From a virus: DNA of 39,019 nt. Location of the stretch: the IMG/VR virus record IMGVR_UViG_3300006071_000030; one strand, 5' to 3'. Under the pieces are notes generated by a model, which was given only the letters and a program-made list of their open reading frames with translations, searched no databases and was not told the origin of the DNA. Positions 35,716 through 39,019 of this stretch are shown one piece after another (position 1 is the first letter of the stretch; every line of letters begins with the position of its first letter). The translations under genes and the position numbers were made by a program.

Positions 35716-36831
35716 TTATTCGCCAGAGTAGCTATCATCAGCGTGAACAGCTCTATTTATAGCTGTTGAAGGACTGTAAAGGTGAGAAACACCCTCTCCA
35801 CCTCTCGCACGATGACGTACTCTTGGTGCAACTACAGCTGCATGGTTGTCTTCGTCCTGTCTAAAGTTGACATGGTGGTTGATAATGGTCTGTTCAGCCT
35901 TCGTACCATACAAAACACGGTGGTGTGAACGTCTTCCGACCTTACCAAACTCTCCAGCTTCCTTAGAAACGGGGAAACCAGCGAAATAAGCGGCTCTAAT
36001 CTTGGGATCTTGAGTTCTTTTGGCTGCTTCTTCGTGGTGTTGCATGTCCCAAAGCTGGTTTGTGGGGTGAGTACTGTCATTTACAACGCAGTATGGGCAG
36101 AAACACTTAACAAAACGGGCAGTTTTACCCTGATCGATGACATTTTGCTCAACAGGATCGATAGCATCGTGCGTATTGCACATGTTATTGATGGTGTGGT
36201 TGAATGCGTGGTGCACTGCAAGGTCACCATGGGTGTGATCACTGACAGTTTTCATGGCATCTCGGTAGAACTTAGGGTCCTTGATGCCATTACGCTTACC
36301 CTCGTTGAATGCCATGATCGTTTCAATGTGCGATTGGCCCAAAGCTGAGAGTGGGTGGACCATCAAACGCTCACCAGTCTTTGCATTCACGTGTTCACCG
36401 GCACGGAAAGCACGATCATCCAGGTGGCCCTCTTCGCTGGGAGCAATCATCATAGTAGGTTGATGGATACCCTGCTCGAGCTTGTAAGGCTTACCAGTGG
36501 TCTTGTTGCGAACAGCAACGGTCATGTAGTCACTTGCGGTTTTAACGTTGGCAAGCTGCGAGTGAGCGCGACTGTGATACCAGTCGCCCTTTTTGCTTTG
36601 CTTCAAGCCAAACAAACGCACTGCGTCAGGATTGGGCTCTTCGCCCTCACCAAGGCTACCTATGTAGTGATTAGCGGCTTTCTCAGCAGCATGAGGCACA
36701 TGATAGTACTCAGGGTCTTCCTTGTGGGTGGCGTAGCCAGTACCCTCTTGGAAGATAAGCGTCATAGCGTTGGCAGGTCCGCCAGTCTTGAATTGCTTAT
36801 CGTGTTTTGCAGCTTCTCTGCTGTTGAACAT
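35716..36831 (-). CDS. His-rich hypothetical protein (371 aa)
   Basis: Long ORF. Many HxxH/HH motifs and a CFCPYC motif. Confidence 0.6.
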   Translation of the reverse strand: MFNSREAAKHDKQFKTGGPANAMTLIFQEGTGYATHKEDPEYYHVPHAAEKAANHYIGSLGEGEEPNPDAVRLFGLKQSKKGDWYHSRAHSQLANVKTASDYMTVAVRNKTTGKPYKLEQGIHQPTMMIAPSEEGHLDDRAFRAGEHVNAKTGERLMVHPLSALGQSHIETIMAFNEGKRNGIKDPKFYRDAMKTVSDHTHGDLAVHHAFNHTINNMCNTHDAIDPVEQNVIDQGKTARFVKCFCPYCVVNDSTHPTNQLWDMQHHEEAAKRTQDPKIRAAYFAGFPVSKEAGEFGKVGRRSHHRVLYGTKAEQTIINHHVNFRQDEDNHAAVVAPRVRHRARGGEGVSHLYSPSTAINRAVHADDSYSGE

Positions 36832-36937
36832 AAGTTGTACTCCTAGTTAAGTTAAAACAGGCACCGCGCGTCACCGGCCCTAGACCCGATTCCGAATTTT
36901 CTTTTACCCTTATGTTATAAGGGGTTTAGACTCTTAG

Positions 36938-37603
36938 TTAGCAACCACCACGGCAAATCCATCCAGTACCGTATTCTTGACTTGGGTCCCAAACAATGTC
37001 TTGGGTGTTTCCACAGTTGTAGCAGTAGCGAGAATTGCCTGGGATGTGCCCATCCATAGGCTTATTTTCCCCCATTGAGTTATCGTTGGCGTAACGCTCA
37101 GCGAAAGAAGCACTCTTAGGCTTAAGTGGTGGCACATCGCGAACGTGCTTGTAGACTTGTGGGTCGTACTTAGTGTCTGGGTCTTGCATCATTTTCACTC
37201 TTGAATTAAGAGGAACGTTAGGATTTGTTACTTCTTTGCTAATGTTTGTCTGAGGAGCCTTGCTCTTTGTGCTTGTCTGCTCTGTGGGGAAATGCTTTTC
37301 CATAAGATCACTATAGTGTTCCACAAGGCTCTTTTGGTTAACGCCTGGTTGTGTGCGCTTCAGTACTTCTTGGTGCATCTCATTAATTTTGCCAACGCCT
37401 TGCTGGAACTTCCCAATGCTGTCCATAACGTCATTGTGGTTATTACGGACTTCATCAACCATTCTTGCATTAGGGACGTTAGGCTTGTTCTTTTCGTATT
37501 CATCACGCGTTTGGTATCTATTCTCAGCGATTCTAATCGCCGCCATTTTTGCATTGCCAAGTGAGTTCTGGTAGCTCTTTGACCAGTCGTTGAATTGTGC
37601 CAT
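36938..37603 (-). CDS. hypothetical protein (221 aa) with C-terminal zinc ribbon; first gene of the leftward gene block
   Basis: MAQFNDWSKSYQ... ; CYNCG...WICRGGC. A non-coding region lies upstream. Confidence 0.55.
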   Translation of the reverse strand: MAQFNDWSKSYQNSLGNAKMAAIRIAENRYQTRDEYEKNKPNVPNARMVDEVRNNHNDVMDSIGKFQQGVGKINEMHQEVLKRTQPGVNQKSLVEHYSDLMEKHFPTEQTSTKSKAPQTNISKEVTNPNVPLNSRVKMMQDPDTKYDPQVYKHVRDVPPLKPKSASFAERYANDNSMGENKPMDGHIPGNSRYCYNCGNTQDIVWDPSQEYGTGWICRGGC

Positions 37604-38156
37604 GGTGTAGCCCTTTGTAGATAGTAGAACGATTGCTATCCCCTATACCAAGAACTATATGTATTTACATTATTCTCTCTTTTTTTCTATCTACTTTAGT
37701 GCACCTAGTATTTCATACGTGGCCAAGGCCTCCGGCATTTTTAATTCTTACCAGTACGATCTCAACGCCTGCTCTATCGAATACCCCATAGGGCTGCCCG
37801 CCATTTTTTAAAGGCGTTTCTATACGCTCCCATTGGGACCCCTATTGGCGAGCCTTACAGAGCCTTTTAGGCCCCTCTCAAGGCACTCCTCTAAAACCCT
37901 TTAGTTCTGGAAATGGCAAAACCTACCATCCTATTTCACGCCTTGGATTGCGTGTTAGTTACACGCTAGCAAAAGATTATGAACTTCTTTGCGTCCTTGG
38001 GCACAATGTCCAAGTGAGGCTGAGAACTCATGGTCCTAGCAATCACCTGTATGTTGCTGAACTACAGCACCGTACAGCTGTGTGCGCAAACGTACTACTC
38101 AGTAGTGCGCGAACGTACGCAGCAACCCAACACCTATGCATTAGAAAGAGATTAAA

Positions 38157-38342
38157 ATGAAGCGTTTTCAGCTGATTTCCCTGCTCCTTGGTAGCTTTGC
38201 GTTCACGTTCGCAGTATCGTTCGTGAACACAATGATCTCGTGGTACACACCCATGGGGCAGGCACAGACCGTACTCACGGTCTCGTTGTCGTTCACCTTC
38301 GTGGTGTTCGTGGCTGCAGTCCTGTACACAGCCAAGAAGTAG
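38157..38342 (+). CDS. small two-TM membrane protein (61 aa)
   Basis: Two hydrophobic helices. AAAGAG 6 nt upstream of the ATG. Local GC is higher than the bulk of the window. Confidence 0.45.
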   Translation: MKRFQLISLLLGSFAFTFAVSFVNTMISWYTPMGQAQTVLTVSLSFTFVVFVAAVLYTAKK

Positions 38343-38424
38343 TACGCAATGCCGAAATCATCACGTCGGGAGATGTTGTGGTCGTCGTAGGGTGATGCCT
38401 ACGGCCTGATGATGGCAGTCAGCT

Positions 38425-38472
38425 AACTAAACCAGTCCTGAGGAGGACACTATGAAGGAAGTAACAACGATC
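38425..38472 (+). repeat. 48-bp direct repeat copy 1 (RBS + ATG + first 7 codons)
   Basis: aactaaaccagtcctgaggaggacactatgaaggaagtaacaacgatc, identical to 38873..38920. Confidence 0.9.
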
Positions 38473-38820
38473 GACGCTGCTAAGGCTTTGGTTGAGCACT
38501 ACGCTGCTGCGGCTGAGCTCATGACTGCTGAGGCTAAGGCTGAGTACGAGGCTGCTTTGGCTGCGTACGAGGCTGTTGAGGCTAAGTACGAGGCTAAGCA
38601 GGACGCTGCTTGGGCTAAGCGTGACGCTGCTAAGGCTGAGTACTACGCTGCTCAGGCTGAGTTCAAGGCTGCCGAGGCTGAGTTCGACGATGCTTGGGCT
38701 GAGTACCACGCTGCTTTGGCTAAGTACGACGCTGCTTTGTCTAAGCCTGAGGTCAAGGCTGCTTGGGCTAAGTTCTACGCTGCTATGGCTGAGCTCAACG
38801 CTGCTCAGGCTGAGCAGTAA
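38452..38820 (+). CDS. Ala-rich (about 40% Ala) helical repeat protein with periodic aromatic residues
   Basis: GAGGAGG Shine-Dalgarno 7 nt upstream. The sequence is built from degenerate GCT-GAG/GCT-AAG codon repeats. The N-terminus MKEVTTI is shared with the next gene. Confidence 0.6.
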   Translation: MKEVTTIDAAKALVEHYAAAAELMTAEAKAEYEAALAAYEAVEAKYEAKQDAAWAKRDAAKAEYYAAQAEFKAAEAEFDDAWAEYHAALAKYDAALSKPEVKAAWAKFYAAMAELNAAQAEQ

Positions 38821-38872
38821 CAGCTCGGTTCACAAGGGGTATGAGCTCCACCCCACCCAACGGGCTCAACCC

Positions 38873-38920
38873 AACTAAACCAGTCCTGAGGAGGACACTA
38901 TGAAGGAAGTAACAACGATC
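38873..38920 (+). repeat. 48-bp direct repeat copy 2
   Basis: Identical 48-mer. Flanking bases differ. Confidence 0.9.
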
Positions 38921-39019
38921 AGCGGTTCCGTCTACCTCATCAATGAAGATGAGCAGATGTGGTGCCGGAAGTCAACTGCCCCTGTGCGCAAGTACGATAA
39001 CGGGGAGTACGTCGACACC
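38900..39019 (+). CDS. hypothetical protein, partial (C-terminus beyond window)
   Basis: Same 48-nt leader, RBS and first 7 codons (MKEVTTI) as the preceding gene, then it diverges (SGSVYLINEDEQMWCRK...). Confidence 0.5.
   Translation, partial: MKEVTTISGSVYLINEDEQMWCRKSTAPVRKYDNGEYVDT

Noticed and set aside
36832-36937. Hairpin CCCTTAT-aac-ATAAGGG as an intrinsic terminator
   Set aside because: No U-tract follows it on the transcribed (minus) strand, so it is not called as a terminator.
37948-38160. Plus-strand ORF of 70 aa in the strand-switch region
   Set aside because: It starts with TTG and has no Shine-Dalgarno. It overlaps the repeat-containing region, so I treat it as non-coding regulatory DNA.
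38452-38820. Periodic GCTGAG/GCTAAG DNA repeats as a possible CRISPR array or tandem repeat
   Set aside because: The units are 6-nt degenerate codon repeats inside an open reading frame with a strong Shine-Dalgarno. There are no spacer-like unique segments. It is coding low complexity.

Overview
The window looks like a tightly packed phage (Caudoviricetes-like) segment from a genome larger than 39 kb. All genes from 1 to about 37,600 are on the minus strand. They carry Shine-Dalgarno motifs (AGGAG / AAGGA), and neighbouring genes repeatedly overlap as TAATG or ATGA. A roughly 550-bp non-coding strand-switch region follows at 37,604-38,156, and after it a short, GC-richer plus-strand block.

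Reading the minus strand from high to low coordinates:
- **Early-type block (37,603-25,093).** Mostly small hypothetical proteins, many with zinc ribbons. It includes an acidic protein behind a near-consensus sigma70 promoter, an HNH-like protein, a papain-like peptidase, a GNAT acetyltransferase, a Dps/ferritin-like protein, a metallophosphoesterase, and a permuted NlpC/P60-like protein.
- **Nucleotide-sugar module (25,007-18,833).** Ten genes: a GT9-like glycosyltransferase, a Zn-dependent alcohol dehydrogenase, a methyltransferase, a split transketolase, a PfkB sugar kinase, an HldD-like epimerase, an HldC-like nucleotidyltransferase, a HAD phosphatase and a cupin. Together these look like an NDP-heptose biosynthesis and transfer pathway. 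The module is bracketed by tRNA-Asp on one side and a four-tRNA cluster (Asn, Ser, Gln, Tyr) on the other.
- **Virion/structural-like block (18,389-1).** Very large proteins of 1,054, 818, 801 and 794 aa, plus a candidate prohead protease and other hypotheticals.

No DNA polymerase, helicase, primase, RNA polymerase or terminase could be recognised, so those must lie outside the window. Functional calls other than the sugar enzymes, Dps and the tRNAs rest on short motifs and are tentative.
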